Shown in pieces: positions 32,359-43,882 of a DNA stretch of 64,000 nucleotides. The position numbers and the translations under genes are program-made. Under the pieces are notes generated by a model, which was not told the DNA's origin, did no database searches, and saw only the letters and a program-made list of their open reading frames with translations. This DNA comes from Synechococcus sp. (GTDB lineage Bacteria; Cyanobacteriota; Cyanobacteriia; PCC-6307; Cyanobiaceae): positions 1,568,136 to 1,632,135 of the forward strand of contig JBJBDC010000001.1 of the NCBI GenBank assembly GCA_047285535.1, in the 5' to 3' direction. Position 1 is the stretch's first letter; every line of letters begins with the position of its first letter.

Positions 32359-33360
32359 TCAGTTGTTCAGAATCCATTCAGCTGCATCACAAGCGTGATA
32401 AGTGAGGATCAAGTCAGCACCTGCCCTCTTAAAGCTAAGCAAGGTTTCAAGAACAACTGAGCGTTCATCGATCCAACCGCGTTCAGCTGCCGCCTTCACC
32501 ATTGAGTATTCCCCGCTGACGTTATAGGCAGCGATCGGTAGCTCCGACTCCTCTCGCAAGCGGCAAATAATATCGAGATAGGCGAGACCCGGCTTCACCA
32601 TCATGATGTCGGCACCCTCTTGTTCATCAAGCTGTGCTTCTGTAATGGCCTCACGCGCGTTCGCAGGATCCATTTGATAGGTGTCTTTATTTTTAGGAAT
32701 AACCTTGTCAGAGTTCGCCCTCGGAGCTGAATCGAGCGCCTCGCGGAAAGGCCCGTAATAAGCAGAGGAATATTTAGCGGTGTAGCTGATGATGCCTACA
32801 TGCTCAAAACCAGCATCATCAAGAGATTCGCGAATGGCGCCAACACGTCCATCCATCATGTCGCTGGGTCCGATGAGATCAGCTCCCGCCTCAGCTTGCA
32901 TGACAGCCTGCTTGCAAAGCTGATCGACCGTTTCGTCGTTGAGGACGACGCCTTCTTGACTCACAATCCCATCGTGGCCGTCACACGAGTAGGGATCAAG
33001 CGCAACATCCGTCATGATCGTCATCTCCGGTACATCTCTCTTGAGCTGACGAATGGCTCTAGGGATCAACCCATTGGCGTTGAAACACTCTGAACCATCC
33101 TCACTCTTGAGGCCCTCAGCCACTTTTGGGAAAAGAACCACGCAACGAATGCCAAGATCCCAGGCTCGCTGAACCTCAGCACTAAGACGATCGAGACTCC
33201 AGCGACTCGCTCCTGGCATGGCATCAATCGGCTCGACCTCCGCCCCCTCATGAACAAACAAGGGATAAATAAAATCAGCTGAGACCAACTGGTTTTCGCG
33301 CACCATCGCCCTTAAAGCAGGAGAGCGACGCAAGCGACGGGGGCGATAAGTGATCTCCAT
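32359..33360 (-). CDS. hemB: Porphobilinogen synthase
   Basis: RPRRLR, DVALDPY, PSDMMDGR, YYGPFREA, TYQMD, MVKPG, YNVSGEY. Confidence 0.98.
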   Translation of the reverse strand: MEITYRPRRLRRSPALRAMVRENQLVSADFIYPLFVHEGAEVEPIDAMPGASRWSLDRLSAEVQRAWDLGIRCVVLFPKVAEGLKSEDGSECFNANGLIPRAIRQLKRDVPEMTIMTDVALDPYSCDGHDGIVSQEGVVLNDETVDQLCKQAVMQAEAGADLIGPSDMMDGRVGAIRESLDDAGFEHVGIISYTAKYSSAYYGPFREALDSAPRANSDKVIPKNKDTYQMDPANAREAITEAQLDEQEGADIMMVKPGLAYLDIICRLREESELPIAAYNVSGEYSMVKAAAERGWIDERSVVLETLLSFKRAGADLILTYHACDAAEWILNN

Positions 33361-33401
33361 CAATCAATCTGACTTCAGTATCTGAAAGAGTAAATCCCTC
33401 C

Positions 33402-34385
33402 TCAAAGGCTGGCGTTCTTGAGCCACTGTTGGCGTAAATCACCTTCACGGCTGCGCTGAAGCTGTTCAAGCAGCTCACGCTGTTGTGCAGACCACTGCTT
33501 GGGCCATTGAAGATCCAGCGTGAGTAAAAGGTCACCACGGCCTGACTTACCAGGCCAACCTTTTCCACGGAGACGAAGGCTCCTGCCTGGTGCTGTTCCA
33601 GCAGGGATGGAGACCTCAGCTTCACCATCAGGTGTCATGACCTTGACCGTGCCCCCCAAGGCGAGTTCGTCAAAAGCAACAGGCAACTCAGCACGCAATT
33701 GATCACCATCCAGGATCCAAATAGGATGAGATTGAACCTCAATAATGAGATAAAGATCCCCACGACGCCCCGTACCGGGTTGAGCATTTCCCTTGGCCTT
33801 GAGGCGAAGCTTCGATCCGCTTTTCACCCCGGGAGGGATACGAACCTGAACCCGCTCATCGTTCACAGACAGCGTGCGCTCTCCACCATGAAACGCCTCT
33901 GAAAAACTCACTTTTACGATTGCTTCTGCATCAAGATTGAGTGGTGATTTTGATGCGCCGCGAGAGAATCCACCACCGGGGAATCCACCGCCGGGGAATC
34001 CACCGCTAAAGCCCGCAGGAGATCCTCCATAACCCGCTTGACCGGCACCACCACCAAAGCGACCGAGCAAGTCATTGATGAAATCATCAAAGTTGCCGTA
34101 GCGGCCAAAGTCAACATCCACACCTGGTGCGCCAGCTCCAGGGGCACCAGCCTGATTCCAATACTGACCAAATTGTTCGTATCGGCGTCGTTTCTCCGGA
34201 TCAGAAAGCACTTCATAGGCCTCACTCACCTCTTTGAATCGAGCTTCTGCGCTTTGATCGTCAGGATTCACATCTGGGTGATATTGCCGAGCCAACTTGC
34301 GAAAGGCACGCTTCACCGTGTCAGCGTCAGCGCTGCGTTCAACACCGAGCACTTTGAAGTAATCGCGGTATCCACTGCCAGCCAT
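33402..34385 (-). CDS. DnaJ-class co-chaperone without zinc finger (CbpA-like)
   Basis: J domain with HPD, G/F-rich region, DnaJ C-terminal domain (LRLRGKG, GDL). Confidence 0.93.
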   Translation of the reverse strand: MAGSGYRDYFKVLGVERSADADTVKRAFRKLARQYHPDVNPDDQSAEARFKEVSEAYEVLSDPEKRRRYEQFGQYWNQAGAPGAGAPGVDVDFGRYGNFDDFINDLLGRFGGGAGQAGYGGSPAGFSGGFPGGGFPGGGFSRGASKSPLNLDAEAIVKVSFSEAFHGGERTLSVNDERVQVRIPPGVKSGSKLRLKAKGNAQPGTGRRGDLYLIIEVQSHPIWILDGDQLRAELPVAFDELALGGTVKVMTPDGEAEVSIPAGTAPGRSLRLRGKGWPGKSGRGDLLLTLDLQWPKQWSAQQRELLEQLQRSREGDLRQQWLKNASL

Positions 34386-34500
34386 GGCATTCATCAACCC
34401 TTAGGGCTGAGCATCAGTTCCGATCCCTAGTTTCGTCCGTGGATGCGGACCGAAGCAATGGTGGGATGCCCGAACGGCAGGCTTTTCGTACATTGCAGTG

Positions 34501-34869
34501 ATGGTTAATTTCAGCAAACTCTTTCCGGTGATGGCGTCTGTGGTTGGGATTGCCATCTCTTTACCCGTTGAAGCAGCACCAAATCCAGCAGAGCTGACAG
34601 ACCACTTGAAAAAGAGTGGAGTCATTTACTACGGATCCTGGCGCTGTCCTGCATGCAACGCCCAATCTGATTTATTCGGCTCCGCCGCCAGCGAAATTCC
34701 TTATGTGGAATGTGCAAAACCCAAGGAGCTTCCCAGTCAGGCGGCAGACTGCATCAGAGCAAAGATCGTCGCGTATCCCACCTGGATTCTTAAAAACGGT
34801 GAGCGACGAGAAGGAGTCCAAACACTTGATCAACTCAAGGAATGGACATCCATGCCAAATCGTCCGTAA
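34501..34869 (+). CDS. Exported thioredoxin-like protein
   Basis: Signal peptide; YGSWRCPAC (CXXC), YVEC, YPTW, GVQTL. Confidence 0.85.
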   Translation: MVNFSKLFPVMASVVGIAISLPVEAAPNPAELTDHLKKSGVIYYGSWRCPACNAQSDLFGSAASEIPYVECAKPKELPSQAADCIRAKIVAYPTWILKNGERREGVQTLDQLKEWTSMPNRP

Positions 34870-34872
34870 TCC

Positions 34873-36516
34873 ATGGAGCGTCCACGCTTGGCGTTCATTC
34901 AAGGGTTCAGCCGGAGACATTGGAAGGGTGACCTCCTAGGAGGCCTTACAGCAGCAGTGGTAGCCCTCCCGCTGGCTTTGGCATTCGGCAACGCCGCACT
35001 TGGGGCTGGCGGAGCCGTCTACGGGCTGTACGGAGCCATCGTGACAGGTTTTCTTGCTGCCCTCTTTGGTGGTACCCCCGCTCAAGTCTCTGGACCCACC
35101 GGGCCCATGAGCGTCACAGTTGCGGGCGTGATTGGCACACTCGCAGCCGTAGGCGTGTCTAGGGATCTCGGAAGTCAGGAGCTGCTCCCTCTCGTCATGG
35201 GAGCTGTCTTGATCGGGGGTCTGATTCAGATCTTGATGGGAGTCCTTCGCCTGGGCAGATACATCACGCTCGTTCCCTATTCCGTAGTTTCTGGCTTCAT
35301 GTCTGGGATTGGAGTCATCATTCTGTGTCTACAAATAGGGCCCTTATTAGGAATCAATAGTCAAGGCGGAGTCATCAGTTCGCTAGGGACAGTGTTCGGC
35401 CAATTCACACCAAATTCAGCCGCCCTGTCAGTGAGTGCAATGACAATAGCAGTGGTCTTTATGACTCCCAAAAAAGTAACTAATTGGCTCCCATCTCCAC
35501 TGATTGCATTACTGGTCATCACACCCATCTCGATGGCCCTTTTTCAAGATGGTCTCCCGCGGATTGGATCGATTCCTGAGGGAGGTTTAAACCTAAGCCT
35601 GCCAAATCTGAAGGACCATTTTCCTGTTTTGCTACGTGCAGGACTCGTACTAGCGGTGCTCGGAGCAATCGACTCACTGCTCACGTCTCTCGTTGCGGAC
35701 AACATCAGCCAAAGCCGACATCATTCGAATCGAGAGCTGATCGGCCAAGGTATTGCAAACAGCGTAGCTGGACTGTTCAACGGCCTTCCTGGGGCTGGAG
35801 CCACCATGCGAACGGTGATCAATATCAAATCGGGAGGACGCACACCTCTATCGGGGATGGCACATTCTGTATTTCTACTGGTGCTGCTCCTGGGAGCTGG
35901 ACCACTAGCTGAAAGCATTCCAGAAGCACTTCTGGCAGGAATATTAATTAAAGTCGGGCTAGACATTATTGATTGGGGCTTTCTACTAAGAGCCCATCGA
36001 CTCTCATTCAAGACAGCACTCGTGATGTGGGGAGTGCTATTGATGACCGTTTTTTGGGACCTAATTGGTGCGGTATTAGTTGGGATGTTCGTGGCCAATT
36101 TACTGACGATCGAATCGCTCACAACCCATCAACTTGAAAGCATGAATGCTGGGCAGACGGATCAACTTGACCAAGAAGAACAAGAACTCTTGAATCGTTG
36201 CGGAGATGCCCTTATGCTCTTTCGTCTTCAAGGCCCCCTGAGCTTTGGAGCAGCCAAGGGGATTAGTGAAAGGATGACCCAGATTCGAGAATACAAAATA
36301 CTTTTACTCGACGTCACAGATGTTCCCCATCTGGGGATCACGGCCACGCTGGCCATTGAAAGGATGGTGGAAGAAGCCGAGCAACACCAACGCCAAGTTC
36401 TTGTGGCAGGAGCCAATAGGAAAGTCAAAGCTCGATTGGAGCAATTCAGAATCCATGAACTCACAGGCAGCCGTAAAGCAACGCTGCACCGCGCAGCCCA
36501 AGAGCTTGAGGCTTGA
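34873..36516 (+). CDS. SulP/SLC26 anion transporter with STAS domain (BicA-like)
   Basis: GDLLGGLTAAVVALPLALAFG, SGPTGPM, NRELIGQG, GATMRT, C-terminal GPLSFG; substrate not determinable. Confidence 0.93.
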   Translation: MERPRLAFIQGFSRRHWKGDLLGGLTAAVVALPLALAFGNAALGAGGAVYGLYGAIVTGFLAALFGGTPAQVSGPTGPMSVTVAGVIGTLAAVGVSRDLGSQELLPLVMGAVLIGGLIQILMGVLRLGRYITLVPYSVVSGFMSGIGVIILCLQIGPLLGINSQGGVISSLGTVFGQFTPNSAALSVSAMTIAVVFMTPKKVTNWLPSPLIALLVITPISMALFQDGLPRIGSIPEGGLNLSLPNLKDHFPVLLRAGLVLAVLGAIDSLLTSLVADNISQSRHHSNRELIGQGIANSVAGLFNGLPGAGATMRTVINIKSGGRTPLSGMAHSVFLLVLLLGAGPLAESIPEALLAGILIKVGLDIIDWGFLLRAHRLSFKTALVMWGVLLMTVFWDLIGAVLVGMFVANLLTIESLTTHQLESMNAGQTDQLDQEEQELLNRCGDALMLFRLQGPLSFGAAKGISERMTQIREYKILLLDVTDVPHLGITATLAIERMVEEAEQHQRQVLVAGANRKVKARLEQFRIHELTGSRKATLHRAAQELEA

Positions 36517-36634
36517 CAAAGAAGAGCAGCGAGGCTCAAAGCACGGGTATATATACTCAAACCAGCGACTTCGTAGTTAAATCTACAAAACTTATGCATT
36601 GCTCTAAGAAACTTAAATGAATTTCAAAAATGCA

Positions 36635-36754
36635 ATGGAAATTCTGACTGCGCTAGCGATAGCACCATTCCTCGCCGCTTTAGCCATTGGAGCTCGGGAA
36701 GCCGAGACTAATGAGCACAATGAAATTAAGCAGCAAAGCAATTCAGTTGAGTAA
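36635..36754 (+). CDS. Possible 39-aa small protein
   Basis: Below ORF-track cutoff: MEILTALAIAPFLAALAIGAREAETNEHNEIKQQSNSVE, hydrophobic N-half and acidic tail. Confidence 0.4.
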   Translation: MEILTALAIAPFLAALAIGAREAETNEHNEIKQQSNSVE

Positions 36755-38303
36755 ATAAAGTGATTGATGGATGCAGGATTATTCAACAGAATTGTTTGCG
36801 TTACTCAAGACAGTTAAAATTAAGACTCATACAGCCTTGAATGAGTTTAATTTCTATGCTCTGCAATCACGATAGCGCCAGCAGAGAATCCATCGCACCA
36901 ACACAACAGACCAGTCAATAGTTTCGAATTCAGCTTGCCAACCAAACAAAATAACCAATCAAAAGGATCAGGCTGATCTACAATAAGTAAAAATCAGACA
37001 TTCAATTCCGCAAATACAGACTTAAGAAGTGAGCTTTTATATTCGTGATCATTGCAACAGTTGATTATACTCGAGCACAAAGAGATGCCCTGACGGGTCA
37101 ATGTGAAAAGCAAATCATGGCAAACTAATCAGGAGATCCTAGGAAGACATTGTAAAGGAGCTCCAATCACAGATAAGGAGCCAAGACAGAAGAATTGTTA
37201 ATCAAGAGATAAAGAATGGTGGGTAAAAAACTACCTACAAACAGGCAATTAGGTCAATAACCACTGCATTGAATCTAGGATAGCTCAAATTGGATCAACA
37301 CGAACTAATTCAAAATGGCTGGAATCTAACAACCATTGAAGATGAAGCAAAAGAGCGATGCTCCAAACCAAGACACATCTAAGCTGCAAACAGGATGTCG
37401 CGAATACATCAGTTGCATCATTTTTTGAGAAGCCAGACACACCTTTGCAGACTTCTCTCATTGCCGTCGACAACGCAAAGGGACATGAAGTTCTTGCAGG
37501 ACAATCAACAACCATAAAGGCGTTAAACCATCAGCAAGATAGGGCCATATACACACCAACAGCAATCAAGAAAGACGCAAAAACGGGACTTTAGTGTTAA
37601 CAAAAAGCCCAAAAGAAAAGCGGAGCATGAACTCAGAATAAGTTTAAAAGAAAAATGTTTCAAACAAAACCAGCTGATATAAGCCAATGAATTATTTCAG
37701 ATTCTTCATTGATCAGATCAACCCATATTACATAATCGAATTAGACTACTAGATCTAAGTCGAAGCGGAGTAAAACAAACTCGCAGCCAGAAGATGAACG
37801 GTGTATTGATAAAAAGTCTAAATTTCAATGAACATCAAAAAGGGGACCTTAGAAAAAAAACTGTCCAGAAAGCCAATGGTTGTAGGGATTGGTGGTGGCC
37901 GCAGTCAAAGCAGAAAGGATAGTGATCGCAATACCAAGACAGGTGATCGAAATCCCGGCAGCAATGGCTAGATCGTAAAGAATTCGAGTCTTTTGGGACT
38001 TAAGGCCCTTAAAGGAGTATCGATGGGACATTGACCTGAACTCCAAGCTACCAGCCAGTTATGAAGCATGGGAGAGGCTAAGACAAGGATTATTGATGAA
38101 GAACATTGTTTCGTTTCATCTTGCAACATTAACGGAGAAAAAGTCATGGAAGCAAAACAGGGAATTCCCTTAAAATCCGTAAAGAGATCTGCGATTGATG
38201 AAAAACATCAAAACAATCAAATGACTGAAATGCGTTACCTAAAAAGACCTACGAATTGAAAATTTGAAAGCAAGAGAGTTTTAATCAATGGTCGTCAGAA
38301 CGA

Positions 38304-38576
38304 CTAACGAACTGGCGGATAACACCTCTGCCAACCTGCCTCTCGCATGGTGTCCCAGGTGTCAATGGCCTGATGTCGGAGCATCCGCCGTCGCGAGAGA
38401 GGCACTGGTGGATAGGGAGGATTCCAGTGAAAGGTCCTCAAGGCAACGAGTTCACCATCAGCAGAGCTACCAGCTGACTGAAAGTGGACAAGTTGCTGCT
38501 GCAGCTCATTGGAGAGCCAACCTTCTCCTCCTGGAATATCAGGAAGACGTTTTGAAACTGGTCGAAGACGTGGCAT
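38304..38576 (-). CDS. DUF1651-like protein
   Basis: GEGWL...LVHF...RRRMLRHQAIDTWDTMREAGWQRC pattern. Confidence 0.8.
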   Translation of the reverse strand: MPRLRPVSKRLPDIPGGEGWLSNELQQQLVHFQSAGSSADGELVALRTFHWNPPYPPVPLSRRRMLRHQAIDTWDTMREAGWQRCYPPVR

Positions 38577-38748
38577 GTAAGCATTATGACAGGATTTTCA
38601 TAAATCGCCAAAAGCTAGATGGTGATATAAGAAATACAAAGACAAGAAGAAAAAGGTAGACACAGGCTGGCAATGCCTATTCATAACAAAAATAAAACAA
38701 CAATAATAGCCAGAAAATACAAGGGAAAGAAGACGATTAAGATATCAT

Positions 38749-39237
38749 CTAACGGATAACAACAGGAGTACCAATTTCAACCCGATTAAAGACTTCGATA
38801 ATATCGCTATTGAGCATCCTGATACAGCCAAGACTCGCAGCCGCACGCAGCTGAACCCATCGAGGCCAAGCAGTACCATGCAATGCATAGACCTTAGAGT
38901 CATCTTTTGACTTGAAATAAGGCATAAACCTAACGCCAACAGGGTCGTTAGGGCCGGCTGGGAATACTTTGTGGTGAGATTTTGAATAATATGTAGGATC
39001 CTTTATTTTTTTCATAATACTATAAATTCCAGGAATAGTTGGTGTTTCAGGGGCTCCTATTGCGATTGGATAACGCTTGATAAGCTTTCCAGAATCCTTA
39101 AGCCATAAATAACGATCCTTGAGGCTCACCTCAATCTCGATCTCTGCTTTGGCGTAGGGAGTGGCTAGAATCAAAAAGAATATACCGATCCAAGATGAGA
39201 GTGAAAATAAACGCAAGGAATGTTTTGATGCAAGCAT
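38749..39237 (-). CDS. L,D-transpeptidase (YkuD family)
   Basis: Signal peptide, YPIAIG, TIPG, GPNDPVG, YALHGT...ASLGCIRM, GTPV. Confidence 0.9.
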   Translation of the reverse strand: MLASKHSLRLFSLSSWIGIFFLILATPYAKAEIEIEVSLKDRYLWLKDSGKLIKRYPIAIGAPETPTIPGIYSIMKKIKDPTYYSKSHHKVFPAGPNDPVGVRFMPYFKSKDDSKVYALHGTAWPRWVQLRAAASLGCIRMLNSDIIEVFNRVEIGTPVVIR

Positions 39238-41315
39238 TAAGAATAGAAATCATTGGACCTTATACTAGCGCATCCTAGAGAGATTCAATTCATAAGCTAC
39301 TCGCAAAGAAAAAACTAAGTTTCACTATAAAACAGTCAGATCAGGCAGTCAGTCAATCAAATAAGCCGAGACAAAAAGAACAATCAAAGAGCGAAACGAG
39401 GAACGAAAAACAATGCAAGATTGTAATCGATTCTCAACGATCGGCAGAACAGAAACCAAAGCAAAAAGCAATCATCAATTATCAATATTGATTGAACACG
39501 ATTCGAAACGAACAAGCCTTCAATATTGGAAGAAGTCAATGCCTGCAACAATAAAGCCAAGGAAAGACTAAGGAATCTGCGACAAGATTAGTTAACACAA
39601 TGTCACTAAAATGATCATCATTGTACTCAAACAAATTAAAAAGAAGAATCCTAGAGAACACATGAAAACGAGAAATAACGCAACCTATCATTTCATCTAA
39701 ACAGCATAAATCATCCCGATCAAAGATGGAAACCAATGCCTGTGAAAAGAACGTATATAAGGTAACTTTAGACTAGGAAGATAAGGAATAACAGTAAAGG
39801 TAGTTTGTAAGATTAGGAATTAGAGCCATGCTCTCAAGCATGAAGAAACGATGGATCCTAAACAATGATGTGAGATGGGTCACGCGTAATAGTTAAGCAA
39901 CAACGCAGATAGACAGAAATGGGCAGTTGTGCCTATCGCCATAGGAGCCTATTAGTGATTAGAACAGATAGGTGAGAGAAGATTCAAATGAAACTTGATA
40001 GTGCCAATGGCCACCCCATGGGAAGCTTGATCTACGATGGCATGCATGCTCCATTTCATGCGTTGGCTTGCCCCCTAAACCCTCGCGCGATCCGGATAGG
40101 CAAGAAAAGATAGTCTCTTTATTCTTGGTATAGGAACCGAAAGCAAGTTCCTCAGGCTTCAAGCAAACCTAAAGTTCGACTTGCTCATAAAAAATGCAAG
40201 TCTGAATCTATCCATGGGGTATGGAGAGTAGCTCTATAGAGCGACAAATCTCTGGCAATGGAGGATTCCCCCTATTCTACGATTGAGAAGAATAAAACAA
40301 AGTGAATCATCACTTCAAACATCAGCCCCCTACAGAATTTCGTGAATCGAGGAGTATTTCAGCCAGGATCTTTACTCAGAATGCAAATGTTGAACTAGAA
40401 ATCACATACAACGAAATCCAAAAGATGAAGCACCAGAGATGAATACGAATCCCAAGAAATGTACCAGCAATGGAGTGGAAGCATTAATAGTTTTACGTGA
40501 CTAGAGATAAAAACAACTGGCCACAGGAAAGTATTACCGACAACGATCATAAAACAAGTTGATCACGAACGTCAGCCAAAAAGGATCTGCAAGATAAATA
40601 TTTTGGCGAATACCTAATCAAGGCGATGAAGATCAAAGCAAGAGAAAGGCATTCTCTAAAGCAAGATCAGACCAAGAGTAAAAATAATTCAATTCATCAC
40701 CATCTTCAAGCGTAGATTCATGATATTTTCACATCAGCAAACGGAGATCTCATCATCGCGTGTACTCACTCAACATGCATCCACTGCAGTTCAAAAATAA
40801 CTGAATGAGAGAAGGCGATAACTACCGCAACATCAAGTACCGCCTTAAATTGATGCTGCCAACCTGAATCTTATATCAAATGGTCTTTAAAAGACGTAAA
40901 GAAAGACATGGCATCAGCATCAAAGATGACAGAGTTTACAATAATGGACTAACTGCAAGCAGGAATGTAGACAAATGGCTAGGAAGTTAGATGTAAAAGA
41001 GAAGGTATGAAGTTTCCAATCCAGTATGGAAAAGATCGAGAACAGGCATAAATCACAAACATACCCCAAAGCCCTGATTGCATTCACTAATTTCACTATA
41101 GTGATAGAAAAGCAAGCAAAATCATTCGTCTGAACAAGAATCCAAGTCGAATCTACACATCAGATCTGTTTTAGAGCAGCAATGACTATTAACAATGATC
41201 AGTTTAAGAGTGACAACAACCTACACCAGAATGGACAAGTCTATTGCGGGAGATAATCAGTGTAGTAGTTTGAAATGCACCTCTGTTCAATGAGGCAACA
41301 AAACAATCTAGAGCT

Positions 41316-42104
41316 ATGAATACAAACGTATGGTTTGATTCCAATCACGTCGAAGCCTGGCTTAATGGGAAGCCGATCATCCACGATCTTTGCTTAAAGC
41401 TTAGGATCGGAGAATCAACAGCAATACTAGGGCCTAATGGTTCAGGGAAAAGTACCCTCCTGAAGCTAATAGATCGAAATCTATATCCAATTATCAAAAA
41501 GGGATCGCATCTAAAACTTTTTGGAAGCAAAACAGTGAATCTTTGGCAATTGCGGAAATGTATGGGAGTGATCAGTACTGAATTAGAGATGCGTTTTGCA
41601 CCGAATGTCAGCGCAATCGAGATAATACAGAGTGGTTTGTTTGGATCCATGCATTTGGGACGTGATCAAAGACCCAGCAAAGAAGAACTTGCAAAAAGTC
41701 AAGCACTTATAGAAAAACTAGGGCTGGAAGCGATCGCCGAACAACCATTTGGTCACCTTTCAGATGGCCAAAGACGACGACTCATGATTGCTAGGGCTTT
41801 GGTGCATGAGCCCAAAATATTGGTTATGGATGAACCAGATCGAGCTCTAGACTTGAAGGCGTCCCATCAGCTATTGGCGACGCTGGGATCTCTTTGCAGA
41901 GAGGGAATAACACTTCTAATGGCCACACATCAAATACACACCATTATTCCAGAAGTCAAAAGAGTGATATTCTTCAAAAATGGCCGGATTGAGGCCGATG
42001 GTAGTCCGGATCAATTACTGCAAAACCAGAGTCTTAGTAATTTTTTCGAAACACATCTGAGGGTAATTGAACATCAGGGCTTCAGACAAGTGTTGCCCGG
42101 ATAA
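41316..42104 (+). CDS. Stand-alone ABC transporter ATPase
   Basis: GPNGSGKST, LSDGQRRR, MDEP; no permease gene adjacent. Confidence 0.9.
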   Translation: MNTNVWFDSNHVEAWLNGKPIIHDLCLKLRIGESTAILGPNGSGKSTLLKLIDRNLYPIIKKGSHLKLFGSKTVNLWQLRKCMGVISTELEMRFAPNVSAIEIIQSGLFGSMHLGRDQRPSKEELAKSQALIEKLGLEAIAEQPFGHLSDGQRRRLMIARALVHEPKILVMDEPDRALDLKASHQLLATLGSLCREGITLLMATHQIHTIIPEVKRVIFFKNGRIEADGSPDQLLQNQSLSNFFETHLRVIEHQGFRQVLPG

Positions 42105-42810
42105 GAACTGAAAAAGCATTAAATACATTGACAACTCTTCTATAATACAGCGATATTTATAGTTTTTGGAGACAAAAGATAAACATCAAAACTAATCAAC
42201 ACTTCAAACCATGAGTGGCACATGCAACTCAAACAATGAACTGACGCTCCAAGACTCGCAAACAGGAGCAACAATTGAAAAAAAGCAAAGTCCCAAGACA
42301 TTCGCAAAAGCATTAAGTTCAACCTAGCCGGTTATATATCTGCAAAGAACACGCTGATAAGGATAATAAAAAAAGCCGATCCTTGCGGCGACAAATATAA
42401 CAACACGCAAGCTTAACGTTGACAAAAAATCTATAATTCTGCCGAATGCGTGCCTATACGATCTGAATGCAATGCACAGAAGTACCAATGTCAAAACTTA
42501 CTCTGATATTGGTGTAGGGACTTGAAATAGAGATGGAGGAGGAGAACTGAACAAGGCCTATCCTTGAGGCGGGTGTGAAAAGTCACTACAACGAATCAAG
42601 AAACCGTTATTAAACAAATAAACTATGAAAATAAGCTTCTTTAGATCATTAAAGGGAAAGACTATATGATGCGGCAATATTCATCAAGTCACACAATACT
42701 TGGAGATCCAATGTATAGGGATGAGCTGTTGGTTTGAATGGAAGTCAACTCGCACATTGGTGATTGTTTAGCCTTATATATGTGGTTGGACATGATTCAA
42801 GACATGAGAG

Positions 42811-42842
42811 AGGCCGCCCCTCCCAGATGGAAAAGACGGCCT
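42811..42842 (-). terminator. Strong hairpin, possibly a terminator
   Basis: Minus strand AGGCCGTCTTTTCC-ATCT-GGGAGGGGCGGCCT, 14 bp with G-U pairs; weak pyrimidine tail. Confidence 0.5.
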
Positions 42843-43666
42843 AGCTCGCTCGTTTATGCATAGCGCACACCAGTAATCAGTGATTCTGTATCGGTGAAGC
42901 TTGAACCTCGAAACGAAAACAGTGAACTGAAAGCGTGGTACGAAGCGACTAACTGCAGGATCACCTGGGGCCGGAGCTCTAGGTGTTGGGTCGTTTTCTC
43001 CTGAGGGCACCTAGGACGGTGCTAATGGAGCATCGATTGGCGTGGCGCGCAAGGCATTGCCTACCAAAGGAACAACCCACGTCTTGTTGAGACTGTTGGA
43101 GCAGGGACCTGAAGTCAGCTTGCTTCTGCTGATAACTCAGGTGGAGTGTCGTCTGTCAAAGCGCCTCCTTCTCTCGATATGAATAGTTTGCCCGAGCGAG
43201 GTAGCTTTGCCATCGGTGTAAACGCGCATTGCCTTCAGAGCAAAAACCACCGATATTAGAAATGGTGTGTCTTTTTCCAGGTCACTAATCCTTTGCTTCA
43301 TTCTGAGATCAACAGCAAATTCAATCACTCCTCAGCGAAGGCGGAGAATAGAAACGGTAAATTCCTGAAAATAGTGGTATTGCTAATAATAAAGCGTTAA
43401 TCCAACCAAATCCCTGTCATCACGAGAATGCTGTTATATGTGAATAGCGAAGAGATCTAAACCACTTCAAATAGAAAAAAACTCCCGACTCCCAGCAGGA
43501 GTTTTGACTAGCTGAGGGCATAGGCAAAAAAGCAAATCCGTTTCTCAACTCAATGGGCCGACATCCAAAAAACAAAGTCCTGACAGTCTCAACGTTCACA
43601 AGCCAAGACTTCTTAAGGTTTTCTACATTGCACTTCCGCTGCGTGCGCATATCCTGACATTACTGT

Positions 43667-43882
43667 ATGGCGTATCTAATGAGTATTAATTCTCAAAAAA
43701 ATCTTGCTTGCATGAAATGGGAACCCGATGGAGAACTTTCATTCCATGACACAAAATTATTGATCACACGTCTAGCAGGAATTGAAAAATCAAGAAGGGG
43801 GTTGCTAGACCATCACGAAAAAAGAAGATGGCAGAAACGTATGGTTAGAGAAAACAGTAATGACAAGCATCTCGCAAGTTAA
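43667..43882 (+). CDS. Small hypothetical protein
   Basis: ACMKWEPDGELS segment resembles small picocyanobacterial proteins from memory; unverified. Confidence 0.5.
   Translation: MAYLMSINSQKNLACMKWEPDGELSFHDTKLLITRLAGIEKSRRGLLDHHEKRRWQKRMVRENSNDKHLAS

Noticed and set aside
33915..34140. GGATTCCCCGGYGGT-type repeats
   Set aside because: Encode the ordinary G/F-rich region of the DnaJ protein.
42940..43060. Resemblance to SAM-I or cobalamin riboswitch (GGTGCTAA, GGTGCCC)
   Set aside because: The other conserved elements and a cognate downstream gene are absent.
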